From Heterodontus francisci (taxonomy: Eukaryota), in contig NC_090391.1 of assembly GCF_036365525.1 (NCBI RefSeq), positions 85,944,085 through 86,008,084 on the forward strand: 64,000 nt of DNA, written 5' to 3'. The translations under genes were made by a program, and so were the position numbers. The notes under the pieces were generated by a model. That model had not been told where the DNA came from. It made no database searches and saw only the letters and a list, made by a program, of their open reading frames with translations. Shown here piece after piece: positions 25,921 through 40,271 of this stretch; the stretch's first letter is position 1, and the number at the start of each line of letters is the position of its first letter.

Positions 25921-26534
25921 ACAAGGATCCTTGCTAAAAGTGAAAGACACAGGAAGCATCTGTAAAGTGTGTAGATTAAACCAATGAGGATAATCGGAAC
26001 AATTCGGGACCTAATATGGTAAAATAAAGGGTGATAGGGGATATCATCGATACACTTAGCAAGGGGTGAACAGAACATTGTTGGCACACTTAGAAGGAGA
26101 AGATAGACTATGGTCAACACAGCAAGAGAAGAAGAAGGAGAGAAGTCCATGTCCAAGCAAGCTCAGAAGCAAGAACCAGTACTGAGTGTTACTGTATACT
26201 TACTGTTGTTGCTAAGGATTGACTTTGTGCATCTTAGTTAAGCCTAATAAACTCTCTGACTTGATCACAGAACTTGACTCTGTACCTTGTTGGTCCATCT
26301 TGGTCCAGAATCTCAAGGTGAGACGGGTTGGATATTCTCTGTCTCACCTCTGTTCAGGTAACATCTACCTGAAACTTACAGCTCTTTACTATTCACATAC
26401 ATTTCTTTGTATTTTGTCCTCCTCAAACTTCCAAATTATGGTCCTTTGAAAGCAATGTTGTCAATAAAGGTTTCTGTGTCACCGACTGCATACTTCTTCG
26501 CATTAAAAACACATCAGTTCACTACGACACTCTG

Positions 26535-27060
26535 TCTCCTATCCTTTAGCCAACTACCATCTCAGCATACCAGTATCAATTTTTAACATGAACTTCTATT
26601 TTCTGTCTAACTCTGTTATGTACTACTTGATCGAATGCCTTTTAAAAAGCAGATATCCAATATCGATCCAACTACCTTCAGCAAAGTCAACCCCAAGAAT
26701 TCAATCAGGTTAGTCGCACATGATTTGTCCTTAGTAAATCGGTATTGCATGTCGCTTATTAACTCATCATTCTTCAAGTTGAAGTTCATTTGATCCTTGA
26801 CACTTGTCTCCAATTGTTTTCGACCACTGATGGACTGTCGTCACCAGCTTTTTCCTTCCCATTTCTAGAACAGGACTGTAACATTTGCACTGTTTCAGGC
26901 GACTGGAACTACTTCAATATCCAAATATTATCGTCAGGATTTCTGTTATCTCCCTCAGCAATCTGGGATGCTTTCTATCTGGACTCATTAACGTGAAGTG
27001 ATCCCAATCTATTGAGAACCTCCTTTCTGTCTATTTTCATTCTATCCAATATCTCTGTAC
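26535..27060 (-). mobile_element. Degenerate CR1 RT fragment
   Basis: Antisense translation LISDMQYRFTKDKSCATNLIEF; mirror copy at ~56110-56650. Confidence 0.7.
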
Positions 27061-28631
27061 CCCTCCTCTACCGGGACATTAACTTCATCCTTGCTTTTGT
27101 GAACAGACATATAACGCTCTCATTCATTACCTTTTCCAACACAAGGAGATTTCCGTTCTTTATCCCTAAAAGCTCCGCAATTTCTTGCACTATCATTTTG
27201 CATTTTTGTATATTTATCAATAATTTTTATTCTCTCTGCTGTTACTCATTAATATTTTCTTATAATCTCTTGCAAACATTTTTCTTTTTTTCCCTGCACT
27301 CTCACTATTCTGCCTGGTTGGATTCATGGTGATGTCGAGGATATGGGATATTTGTATAAATCACTGCCATTATTATTGAAGTGATTGGCGCTGCAAACAA
27401 TCTTTGAGTCATATTGATCAAAAGCAAATTATTGGTAACGTGTGTGACGCTGAGATTGGAAGGTTGTCTGAATAAGGCAGGGGAGTGGGTGCAGGGGCGG
27501 CTCCTCATTTGGCTAAAACAATCTGGTAGAAGTGTAAGGGTGAGTCCGAGTATTTCCAGGATGAAGGATAAACATCTGATAGTCTCTGTTTAATATCATC
27601 GGAGTGAAACTCTTGGTCACGGAAATGATACCTGAAAGGCCTTGTGCTGTCAATCTGCCGAGTGTATGGGAGGGAAGGATGGAGTGGAAGAGCCTCTGTA
27701 TTTCTCCAGTACTGAATTGTAGTGGGTTGGATGTTTTATCAGTCTCTAACTCTGCCTGTTGAGTGAGTAGGCGACAGAAACGATACCAGTTCCGATCCCT
27801 GTGTGACTGTCACTCCTTCTGTTGTGTGTGTGCAAGATTAAACCCTGTGTCCCTCTATCCAGCTCTGGCTGCTATATCTGGAAAGATGCTGAGTCTTTCA
27901 GTAGTTGATCTGCTCAAACCGAGTTCAAGGCCTGAGTGGTGAACAGAATTTCACATTAATTGTGTGAATAATACGATGATTGAACAGCAGGTTATGATCG
28001 ACTGGACCAAAGGCTGGAAAAATTCCTGTCCATAAATCTTTCAACAGGGAGTTCGATGATCTGCTGGTTCCGAGTGTTTCAGGGAAACAGGAGTAGAAAT
28101 CGGCAGCTGAGCCCTGAAAATTCACAGCAAAGACTGTGTACATGAGGACATTTAACAACCGGGAGCTGAAACTCTGGGACGGGCTCTATTGTCACTGTGT
28201 TTGTGTGTCCGGTATAATCGCGGCAGCTCCGTGTCTCTCTTGTTTAGAATGAAACAATGAAGATTGCCATTCGGTATTACTCACATTGACCGCGGGTTTC
28301 ACTCCGGTTAGACAAACCTTTGCTGGCTGAAATGAATTCTACAAGGTCCCAGCAAACACACCGACTTCCTCCTTCCTCCCATGTTTCTGTCGGATTGTTT
28401 TGAGAGGAGGGTCTCAATAATAACAAACACCCTGCAGGGAGAGACGGCAATTTGAACATCTAAATAGGATCAACTCCCGGCTTTCTAGGTTATAGATTCC
28501 CTCCACCCCACCCCACTCTCCCTCCACCAATACCCACCCTTCCTCCACCCTAACCCCATGTTCAGTTTCATTGTTCACACATTGATGAGGGTGAAATGGG
28601 GAAAGTTCCCATTTATTTTCTTTGCAGAGAG

Positions 28632-28786
28632 CTGCGCACGCGCGGTATAGCCCCGCCCACTGGAGACGTCATCATGAGGAGAAGAGCGCATGCTCCCCCA
28701 ACACTGGTTCTGAGCGTCATTCAGTGAGTGAGTGGAAGATTGTTTAAATCAGCTGCGAATGGAGTCATCCGGGTCCCGGGGTAAGT
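28632..28786 (+). promoter_or_regulatory. Orphan NRF1/GC-box/CRE cassette ending in a splice donor
   Basis: gcgcacgcgc, gccccgccc, gacgtca, gcgcatgc, then GG|GTAAGT at 28781. Confidence 0.55.
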
Positions 28787-28909
28787 GAACAAACAACATC
28801 TGCTTCCAGCAGCAACACCAGGTTTGGGAGCGAGTCTGCAGATGTGTTCAGAGATTAACATTGAATAGCGGGGAAGTTCAGCAGGAGTCGGGGACTGTGT
28901 GGAATGTAC

Positions 28910-29225
28910 ACTGGAGCCCTGGATCCCCGAGCGGGACCCGAGCACATGTGTCCGCCTCAGCTCGGGCCCAGCTTGCGGCTCCGGCTTTCGGGCTCGGGTC
29001 CAGTTCGGGTCGGGTCGGACACACTCGGTCAGTCTCTGCTGGTCAGTATTGAAATTAAAAAAAAACTGACCGCAGCTGGGAGTCCGGGTCGGAATTGAGT
29101 CTGCGCAGTGAGCCGTTGCCGGCACTGTTATCACGCATGAGCTGCACCGTTTTTTGGTTGGGTGTCAGGAAGGGTTGGGTCGGGTCCGCTGTTGTTCGGT
29201 CGGGTTCTTGGTGTGTGTGTAGACA
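28910..29225 (+). mobile_element. Probable hAT DNA transposon end (CGGGT-rich subterminal repeats)
   Basis: Clusters of tcgggt/acccga; paralogues begin with TAGAGGCCTG (51182, and 54284 on the minus strand). Confidence 0.5.
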
Positions 29226-29873
29226 GGAGTCCTGACAGTGAACAGCTTATATTTTTTTATATAAATACTGTATATTTTATAATCATTTTACGATAATTAT
29301 TCATTCAGGACCTTCCTGCTCTCTGCATTTCAGCTGCTCACTGGATAAACTTGCCGCAAGTATTTCAACCTGTAAAGCAGTAGTTTACATAATGTATAAT
29401 GATATTTACTGAGCCTTCGGGCAATCGCTGTGTTTAGTTTAAGCAATACAGATACTGGTAAAGTGTGGAAACAACTCCATGGGTTTCTATTTAACTCATG
29501 ACCAAACAATCACTGACATTGTGCTCCAATCATCATCTTTTAAACAATCTTTCAACCAGCTGAAACAGATTGTTTATCTGACAGTGCCACAAAAACTTAC
29601 AAAGATGTCAAAAGATAGATGGACACTCTGAAAGCTTTGGAGGTTTGAGATTCATCCATGACATCAAATAATCTAGGCTAAGAATATTTTTCTTTAAAAA
29701 AAAGTGATCGGTCACTTCATGCAAAATTGTATTAAATGTCAATGCTGGAAATTGTTCAACATGCTTTGTCAATGTTAACATATATGTTTTGTTTTGATTT
29801 GTCGGCTATTCGAGGTGCTGGCTATTATGTGTATGCTGATCAACCAGAAGTCTTCAATCAAACATTAATGCAG

Positions 29874-31990
29874 ATCTGCAGTACTGTAGACTAATGATCA
29901 GACAGCACCGGGAATCTGCAGTACTGTAGACTAATGATCAGACAGCACTGGGAATCTGCAGTACTGTCGACTAATGATCAGACAGCACCGGGAATCTGCC
30001 GTACTGTAGACTAATGATCAGACAGCACCGGGAATCTGCAGTACTGTAGAATAATGATCAGACAGCACCGGGAATCTGCAGTACTGTAGACCAATGATCA
30101 GACAGCACCGGGAATCTGCAGTACTGTCGACTAATGATCAGACAGCACCGGGAATCTGCAGTACTGTAGACCAATGATCAGACAGCACCGGGAATCTGCA
30201 GTACTGTAGACTAATGATCAGACAGCACCGGGAATCTGCTGTACTGTAGACCAATGATCAGACAGCACCGTGAATCTGCAGTACTGTAGACTAATGATCA
30301 GACAGCACTGGGATTATGCAGTACTGTAGACTAATGATCAGACAGCACCTGGAATCTGCAGTACTGTAGACTAATGATCAGACAGCACCGGGAATCTGCA
30401 GTACTGTAGACTAATGATCAGACAGCACCTGGAATCTGCAGTACTGTAGACTAATGATCAGACAGCACTTGGAATCTGCAGTACTGTAGACTAATGATCA
30501 GACAGCACCGGGAATCTGCAGTACTGTAGACGAGTGATCAGACAGCACCGGGAATCTGCAGAACTGTGGACTAATGATCAGACAGCACTGGGAATCTGCA
30601 GCACTGTAAACTAATGATCAGGCAGCACCTGGAATCTGCAGTACTGTAGACTAATGATCAGACAGCACTGGGAATCTGCAGTACTGTAAACTGATGATCA
30701 GGCAGCACCGGGAATCTGCAGTACTGTAGACTAATGATCAGACAGCACCGGGAATCTGCAGTACTGTAGACTAATGATCAGACAGCACTGGGAATCTGCA
30801 GTACTGCAGACTAATGATCAGACAGCACCGGGAATCTGCAGTACTGCAGACTAATGATCAGACAGCACCGGGAATCTGCAGTACTGTAGACTAATGATCA
30901 GACAGCACTGGGAATCTGCAGTACTGCAGACTAATGATCAGACAGCACCGGGAATCTGCAGTACTGTAGACTAATGATCAGACAGCACCGGGAATCTGCA
31001 GTACTGTAGACTAATGATCAGACAGCACTGGGAATCTGCAGTACTGCAGACTAATGATCAGACAGCACCGGGAATCTGCAGTACTGTAGACTAATGATCA
31101 GACAGCACTGGGAATCTGCAGTACTGTAGACTAATGATCAGACAGCACTGGGAATCTGCAGTACTGCAGACTAATGATCAGACAGCACCGGGAATCTGCA
31201 GTACTGCAGACTAATGATCAGACAGCACTGGGAATCTGCAGTACTGTAGACTAATGATCAGACAGCACTGGGAATCTGCAGTACTGTAGACTAATGATCA
31301 GGCAGCACCAGGAATCTGCAGTACTGTAAACTAATGATCAGACAGCACTGGGAATCTGCAGTACTGCAGACTAATGATCAGACAGCACCGGGAATCTGCA
31401 GTACTGCAGACTAATGATCAGACAGCACCGGGAATCTGCAGTACTGTAGACTAATGATCAGACAGCACTGGGAATCTGCAGTACTGCAGACTAATGATCA
31501 GACAGCACTGGGAATCTGCAGTACTGTAGACTAATGATCAGACAGCACTGGGAATCTGCAGTACTGCAGACTAATGATCAGACAGCACCGGGAATCTGCA
31601 GTACTGCAGACTAATGATCAGACAGCACCGGGAATCTGCAGTACTGTAGACTAATGATCAGACAGCACTGGGAATCTGCAGTACTGCAGACTAATGATCA
31701 GACAGCACTGGGAATCTGCAGTACTGTAGACTAATGATCAGACAGCACCGGGAATCTGCAGTACTGTAGACTAATGATCAGACAGCACCGGGAATCTGCA
31801 GTACTGTAGACTAATGATCAGACAGCACCGGGAATCTGCAGTACTGTAGACTAATGATCAGACAGCACCGGGAATCTGCAGTACTGTAGACTAATGATCA
31901 GACAGCACTGGGAATCTGCAGCACTGTAAACTAATGATCAGGCAGCACTGGGAATCTGCAGTACTGTAGACTAATGATCAGACAGCACCT
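29874..31990 (+). repeat. 40-bp tandem array, about 53 units
   Basis: Unit gggaatctgcagtactgtagactaatgatcagacagcacc; no spacers. Confidence 0.98.
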
Positions 31991-32737
31991 CTTTACCCTC
32001 TCTCGTGCAGTTACATCATTTCTGTAATGAGGTGACCAGAACTGCACACCGTTTCAGGTATGTGAGGGTGAGATTTACTCTCTATCTTACTGTCTCCAGG
32101 ATGTGTCCCTCTTGTGAGATTGATATAGTGTCTTTCAATTTGATCGTGGGTGTGCTTTTGAATTGAGATTGATGCACCTAACTTGCAGCAGTACAGAATT
32201 GGAATGCATTGGACACAATGTCTGTATCTTCTGCTTTGTTTGATTGCTGGATTGAAAATGTGTCTCTGAATTTGGGATCAGTGAGGGTTTGACTAGTTCT
32301 GCTCCATGTGACTCTGGAATTAACAGATGGCCTCTGGGAGTGATAGCATACCAACTCTGTGTTGCAAGGAGCTGACTGCACATTTCCTTGTGCCTGGGAA
32401 TCTTCACTTTCATTCTGTTCCCTTGAAGTATTTGCCTACATAAAGGAAGAACAACATATCTTGGAACTGAAGATCAGTTGAGGTGGAAGCTAGAAAAGAG
32501 ATTAATGTAACATTTGAATCCATAATCATTATTACTAACCACAAATACTCACCAGAAATACAAAGAATGTCAGTGTCTGATTTCACTGCAGATCTCAGCA
32601 TCTGCTGACCAGGTGTTTTGGCCGATTTACAACAATTTAGTGACATCCAGAAACAAGGCAACATCTGCACTGCTCCAAGATTGGGATAACCTGAGGGATG
32701 TTTGTACAGATCAGGTTTCTATTTCCATCTGACATTA

Positions 32738-32845
32738 TAACATAAGAACCTAAGAAGTAGGAGCAGGAGTAGGCCATTCAGCCTCTCCAGTCTGATCCGC
32801 CATTCAATGAGATCATGGCTGATCTGATCGTGGATTCAGCTCCAT
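32738..32845 (-). mobile_element. CR1 LINE 3' tail
   Basis: aacataagaacctaagaagtaggagcaggagtaggccattcagc...atcatggctgatct. Confidence 0.8.
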
Positions 32846-32888
32846 TATCCTGCAAAGATTTTCAACAGCAGCTTATTCACGTTCTGTC

Positions 32889-33267
32889 TCACTTACCCAG
32901 TGCACAAACACAGGCCGAGAAAGGCCTCTCCATTTCGCCGCTCACTCCATGTTGCGGAATCAGTTCATCCTCCACATTGCCTCTCACAAACAGCCCGCGA
33001 CTCCCCCTGAACTTGCTCCGGAGTCAATGGCGATCTCTGATCCAGACTGCGGACAGGGTCCCAAAGCAATGTGCTGCTGGAAGCAGATTGCTGTTTGCTG
33101 CCTTACCCCGAGGCCGTAATATCTCCATTCCCTCTGTTAAAAACTAACTCTTTCCGCTCACTGAGTAAATGGCGTTCAACGGATTTGCTGGCGGAGGGGA
33201 GCGCGCATTGCGCTCGTTCGCTCATTCACAATCACTGGTGGGGGCGGTGCTGTACCGCGCATGCGCC
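32889..33267 (-). promoter_or_regulatory. Mirror copy of the orphan promoter/first-exon cassette
   Basis: cgcgcatgcgc at ~33257, aaatggcg, and acttacc (donor) at ~32891. Confidence 0.5.
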
Positions 33268-33513
33268 TCATTCGGCAATGGTTTGAAAAACAAAAAACAA
33301 TCGGAACTTTCTCCAGTTCAGTTTTATCTGATTTTGAGCAATGGAACCGGGACTGTGGGCAAGATTAGAGAAGGTTTCCAGCTGGGAGATTACCCTTTTA
33401 CCAAGCTCAACTTGAGATCATTCTCTGCAAAAAGTTTGCTGTTCATTCGCTCGAATTCTCAAAGTGATCCTCCGAGGGAGTCGATGTGTTTGCAGGAATG
33501 GCGCAGGAGTCAA

Positions 33514-33680
33514 TTTTTTTTTTTTTTTTAGATTAGATTAGAGATACAGCACTGAAACAGGCCCTTCGGCCCACCGAGTCTGTGCCGACCATCAACCACC
33601 CATTTTATACTAATCCTACACTAATCCCATATTCCTACCAAACATCCCCACCTGTCCCTATATTTCCCTACCACCTACCT
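33514..33680 (-). mobile_element. 5'-truncated HE1-like SINE, specific to A'
   Basis: Poly-T, (ttaga)n, then gatacagcactgaaacaggcccttcggccc; absent at ~15420 in arm A. Confidence 0.88.
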
Positions 33681-33964
33681 GACAGTTACAGTCACAGATC
33701 AATTTAATCAGATTGAAACTGTCTGTCGCTGAGAGTCATTGCGAAGGGTTTGAGCTGAAAGATTACAGAGAGTTCAACAGGGCAGAGAAAGTTACACTTG
33801 GGACATTGTATGCCTCACTCTCTGACACTTTCCCGGACTGTGAGATTAATAATGTGTCCTCCTCTGGCACCATATCAGTGAGAGATGAGATTGTAACGTC
33901 TGTTTCCCCAGGCGGATCTTTCGAGATAAAAACGAATCTGACATTTCAGTCGACAGCACAATAA

Positions 33965-34985
33965 TTACAGGCGACTCAGTCTAACCTCAGTTGTGGGAAA
34001 ATTATTGAAATCTATTCTGAGAGAAAAGATAAACTGTCACTTAGAAAGGCACATACAAACTGAATTGAAATTTAAAAAGGATTATAGATGAGGGTAGTGC
34101 AGTTGATGGATTCTACATGAATTTTAGCTTTTGACAAGTTCCCAAAATACAGAATCTTTAAAAAATAAAATCTCATGGGATCCAGGGAAATGCAGCAAGG
34201 TGGATGCAAAATTGGCTCAGTGGCAGGAATTGTTGAAGGCTGCTTTTGAGACTTGGAGGGCTGTTTCCAGTGGTTTTCCCCAGGGCTCAGTAATGGGTCC
34301 CCTGTTTTGTTGATGATCTATACAAACAATTTGGACATAAATGTTGAGGGACACGATCAAGACGTTTGCAGACGACACCAATATTGGCCGTGTGGTTGAT
34401 AGCGAGGAGGATTGCTGTGGACCGGAGGAAGATGTTTGTGGTCAGGTCAGAAGGGCAGAAAAGTGGCAAATCGAGTTCAATCCGGAGAAGTGTGACGTGA
34501 TGCCCTTGGGGAGGTCAAACAATGCAAAGGAATACACGATTAATGGGAAAATACTGGGAGGAGCAGAGGAGGTGAGGGACCTTCTAGTAAATGTCCACGG
34601 ATCCCTGAAGGTAACAGAGTAGGGCGGTAATATGGTTAAGAAGACATATGGAATCCTTTCCTTTATTGGCCGAGCTATAGAATATAAGAGGAGGAAGGGT
34701 ATGCTGGAACTTTATCATCATTGGTTAGGCCAGAACTTGAGTTCTGTGTGCAGTTCTGGTCACGTCATTACAGAAAGGATGTAACTGCACTCGAGAGAGT
34801 ACAGAGGAGATTTACAAGCATGTTGCCGGGACTGAAAAATGCAGCTCTGAGGAATGATTGAATAGACTGTGGTTGTTCTCCTTGGAACAGAGTAGGCTGA
34901 CGGGAGATCTGATTGAAATGTATAAAATGCTGAAGGGCCTGGATAGAGTGGAGCTGAAGGGTCTATTTACCTCAGCATTGAGATC
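33965..34985 (+). mobile_element. CR1 LINE reverse transcriptase fragment
   Basis: SGFPQGSVMGPLF, TFADDTNIG, AEKWQIEFNPEKC. Confidence 0.92.
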
Positions 34986-35455
34986 AAAACCTGTCCTGGG
35001 AACTCTACATTTTTCGAACAGTTCGGCATGGGAATGTGTAGATGTGAATATTGTGTAAGAGAGAGTGTATTAAAGGGGCAGACGGGTTAGTCTAATGTCA
35101 CTGTGTTTGTGGGTCAGGACTCATCGCCGGATTTCCGAGTCCCCCTTGTGTCAAGTAACAAGATTTTCCAGTCAAAGAAGCACATTGCTCCCCTTCTCAT
35201 TCCCAAAGTGGGAATTCAGTGTAGTTTCTTTGTTGATTTCAAGATTTCAGTCAAAATGTAGAGAACACGTCAGCTATCGGGGGAGAGAGCGCCATCAGTG
35301 CAGCAATAAAACGGGTTTCAGTCAAAAATGGAGTCTTTACTTCAAGTGCAAACCTTTCGACAGCAAGCATTCTGATGTCAGAGAAAGGAAGGATCTAGTC
35401 TGGGACTCTGCAGTACCCGAATTTCAGTGGAATTGGAGAGTTTAGGGCCAGAGAG

Positions 35456-35530
35456 AAACACAGAGAGGCAGCAGGAGCCGGGAGCTGACAGCAGGTTGTC
35501 TCCGCCTCCGTCCGCTCACTGCCTTTAAGT
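35456..35530 (+). promoter_or_regulatory. H1 promoter with AC box
   Basis: AAACACA at 35456-35462, GC-rich box, weak TATA (TTTAAG); the arm A copy lost about 30 nt here. Confidence 0.6.
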
Positions 35531-35607
35531 TGCTCAGTGCCGCCACCACCGGCTTCATTTCTGACCCAGTTCCTACTGACAGAGAGAATTTGTGCAGAGT
35601 CCTGGAC

Positions 35608-36296
35608 ATGACCGATACAGCAGCCGGCGAAACGGCTCCTCCAGCCGCCGCCGCTCAAGTCAAGACTCCCAAGAAGAAGAAAGCGGCTCCCCGGAACAAT
35701 TCAGCCGGTCCCACGTTGAGCGAGAAGATCCTCAAGATTGTGGCGGATTGCTCCGATCGCAGGGGGACCTCACTGCCCTCCATAAAGAAGCCTCTGCGTA
35801 GGAGCGGTGTGGATGTGGGGAGGTTCAGGACCCAAATCAAGCAAAGTATCAGGAGGAATGTGAACAAATGCTCCCTGGTGCAGAACAGCGGTACGGGCTC
35901 CTCCGGCTCCTTGAGAATCCCTAAGCAGGGAACCAAGGGAAATGTGGGAAATACAGTGAAGTCAGGAGCAGCCAAAAAACCTTCAGTGAAGAAAACAGCT
36001 GGCAAGAAAGTGACAGCAAAGAAATCAGCAGCCAAGAAATTACCAGTCAAGAAACTAGCAGCCAAGAAATCGGCAGCGAAGAAAGCAGCAGGCAAGAAAG
36101 TGACCAGCAAGAAGGCGGCAACGCCAAAGAAATCCCCTGCGAAGAAAGCAGCGCTTCCGAAAAAGGTTCCTGTGAAGAAGGCCAAAAAACCAAGAGTGCC
36201 ACGGGCGGAAAGGCACTCAAGAAAGTTCAATCATCAAGCGGCAAGACCAAACCGAAAGCAGCAAAGGCTCAGAAAGCAGCCCCTGGAAAGAAGTGA
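35608..36296 (+). pseudogene. H1: Histone H1 with a 1-nt frameshifting deletion in the C-tail
   Basis: MTDTAAGETAPP..., globular domain, KKAA-rich tail; deletion at ~36190 (aaa-cc-aag); ancestral stop at 36294 is out of frame, so the ORF runs on to 36390. Confidence 0.9.
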
Positions 36297-36332
36297 AACT
36301 GCACGGGAAACTTGTAGACATCTGAACCCAAG

Positions 36333-36372
36333 GGCTCTTTTCAGAGCCACCCACATCTCTCAGGAAAGAGCT
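36333..36372 (+). terminator. H1 3' stem-loop and downstream element
   Basis: GGCTCTTTTCAGAGCC, ACCCA, then GAAAGAGCTG. Confidence 0.95.
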
Positions 36373-37088
36373 GATCCCCCGATCAAATGATCCCTGTCCC
36401 GCCGCCGTGTGCACATTTCACATAGAAATGATGGGAAGTAAATGCAGGATCCCTGGTGACTCACTGACATACACTACACTCAGCCCTTCCCCCACTCTCT
36501 GTAACTAAACAGAGGGATGTCCCGGCCTCACTGTAACTGGGGATATGTTCGGTACAGTCTCAGTTCATGCTCGTTTCACTAATTCAGAGTGTGAGGGTCT
36601 AACACAGGAAACTGTGGAGAAATCCCGCGTCACAACTCAAACCCCAAAACATGAGTTTCTCTAATTCAGCTGGGGTAAGGTGTTAGCAAAATACTCAATC
36701 CGTCTGGGAGGGGAGGTGTGTGGAAACGGGTTGACTTGTGATCGGAAGCACTGTACTGAGGCGGATATATGATCAACTTTTAATTGTTATAGATCCTTAT
36801 CTAAAAGCTCCGGTTTTCTGTTATCTTTGACTAGAAAGGCCGCGTCTGGAAGTTTTGTGCTGAGCTCTGTTGTTGAGCAATGTTTTTTTTTGAATTGGCG
36901 GTTCGAGCAAGTGGGAGGTGGAGCTGGAGGATGAAAGACATTTCTCAGCTCTGTCTGTCACTCAGTTTCCTCTCCGCCCCGCCTCTCACTCTCTGTCCCT
37001 TTTTCAGTCAGGTCCGGGCGGGCTGTATAAAAAAGGCAGCAGAAACAGCTCGTTTCTCATTCAGCAGTGATTTGACTGAAGAAGCGTC

Positions 37089-37438
<350 letters not shown>

Positions 37439-37783
37439 TAAGAGCCACCCAAAGACTCACATAGATAGCAGTGACATTGGAATTGGAATTAATAAGATCA
37501 AGTTATCTGCATATTGTTTATCTTTATCAACAACGGCTTTTATACATCATTACAGTCTCTCATTAAACTTACATATCACAGAAATTTCACTGTCTTTTTT
37601 TGTTCATTGTTTATCAAACGCATCATGAATTAAACGGTTGCATTTGATAATTTATACGTGAGGGTCTGAACTGCCGGCACGAAGCGGGATTTACTGCCAT
37701 TATAGTTAGTAATGACTGGCGCTTTATTCCCGCCAGAGACCACTATTCAAACTGTGTTGTAAGACACAGAGGGGGATCTAGGA

Positions 37784-37935
37784 CTTTAGAATTAGAATTA
37801 GAACATTACAGCCCTCGATGTTGCGCCGACCTGTGAAACCTAATTCTAATTCTAATCTAATCTACACCATCTGACCTACACTATTCCATTTTCATCCATA
37901 TGTCTATCCAATGACCACTTGACCAATGACTAACA
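37784..37935 (-). mobile_element. Rearranged CR1-type LINE 3' tail, specific to A'
   Basis: (ttagaa)n tail and gccctcgatgttgcgccgacctgtgaaacc; absent at ~11600 in arm A. Confidence 0.7.
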
Positions 37936-38199
37936 AATAAAGCGACAGGGAGTGAGATTTTATAATTGTTCCCGTTATATTAGGTGTCGTTTCAAAAAAA
38001 ATCTTTGCCTTGTTTGCTAATCTGAGATTGGCGGCCTTTTTGAAATTGCTTAAATTTCAGTTTCAGTTGCAGTTCAACCAATCAGGGTCCAGCATTTCCC
38101 GCCGCCCTTTTCCTTCCCAGAGCTGGTTTCAAACTTGACTGATGGACGGGGCTGCATCTAATCACAACACTAGGGCGGTCCCTCTACTGTCTTAAATAG

Positions 38200-38667
<468 letters not shown>

Positions 38668-39302
38668 ACTCACCCTGCCCCGAACTGAGTTTGGCATCAA
38701 ATAACACAACGGCTCTTTTAAGAGACACCAAATCGGCAAAACAAAGATCTGCGATCTCTGCAGCAGAGAAATGTGGTCTAGAGCAGCGAAACCAATGTGC
38801 ACAGATCATTTTATTGGAGGGGCGAGCAGTTTAGGACTAAACAAAAGCTTTATTTGCCGATCATTGTGTAAAAGCTTTCGTTTGTATATGCGGTAGAATT
38901 GCTAAAATCCCTCACAAATATCACAAGAGGGCAGCCGCTAAATGCCCGAATCCAGTACGGAGAAGGCTGAGGGAAGATCTGATTGAAATGTACAACATTG
39001 TGGCGGGCCTGGAGAGAGTGGAGCTGAAGAGTCTTAGCAGAGAGGTCAGTGACAATGGGGCATATGTTTAAAGTGATTGGTAGAAAAATTAGAGGGAAAA
39101 CGAGGATTTTATTTTCACCCAGAGGGTGGTGGGGGGTCTGCAACACACTGCCTGAAAGGGTAGTTGAGGCAAAGACCCCCAACTTATTGAAAAGGAATCT
39201 GGATATGCATCTCAAGTGCTGTAATCTGCAGGGCGATGGACTGAATGCTGGAAGGTGGGATTAGAATAGGTGGGTCGTTTTTCGGCCGGCACCGACACGA
39301 TG

Positions 39303-39335
39303 GGCTTTACCACCAGTCTTCCCTCTTCCAGACAT
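39303..39335 (-). pseudogene. H2A: H2A stub (first 11 codons) behind a retained promoter
   Basis: atgtctggaagagggaagactggtggtaaagcc encodes [11 protein letters not shown], then joins a CR1 fragment; stem-loop lost. Confidence 0.85.
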
Positions 39336-40271
39336 TACCACAATCTGACAAACACTTTCAGGAAGACTGCTGAGAAAAGCCCACAATAGTCCCATTTATA
39401 CCTTCGGGAGGAATGGTGTCGGGAGCACTGGTGATTGGTCACTCTGCACTGGGTGTCATTGAACTCTTCATTTGACCAATCAGAGAGCTGCCAATCCGGA
39501 GACGCCAAGGATATGAGGGCGGAAAATAACGGCGCGAAATTGTCAGACTGGAAACGATTTCTCAAATTTGAAAAGCCCGCCAATATATTTGTAAAATACA
39601 GAGCGGCTTCAATATAGATCATCACATTTATAGGTAACTTGGTTTGACCGCAAATATTTTAAAATATTTTTCATATTGTATTATTCCACATGTGGTAACA
39701 ATTTCCAGATTCACTTTCACATTCCGCCATCTATTCGGGTTTACTCTCTATCCTTTTTGAAACATTCTATAACCAGCGGACAGAAAGCCTCTTTCACAGC
39801 ATTCTGTAACCATTTCAGCTCAATGTTCCTAATGATACCGCATCACTGACTATAGATTGATCCCTATTGGTGAGAGACAACAGCGGAGTGTATAATTTTA
39901 GTGTCAGGTGTCAAAGAGTGAGACTGAGGGTTCCCACACCACCGGGGTTTCTAGATAATGTGCTGATTACTTACTGAGGACAAACTTTGATCTCGGGATA
40001 TGAGTGACTGAGAAATGATGCCTGTGCGTTAAATCAGATTTTATTATCGAAATACAGCAAAGGGGCCGAATATGAACGCGTCCGTGAACAAAGCTCACAA
40101 ATGGTCAGTAATTAATGATCGGGACATTATTAAGTAGAGACAGGAAGATCGCACGGGCAGTGAAACTGTATTAACCAGAATCTGTGGGATTAAAACAGAG
40201 ATCACAAAGGCAGTTAGAAAATACTTGCTAAAAATATCAAAACAAATTGATATTATAGAGATTAATGTTGT

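Noticed and set aside
29874-31990. CRISPR array (palindromic repeat at a regular period)
   Set aside because: Units are contiguous with no unique spacers, there are no cas genes, and the context is vertebrate
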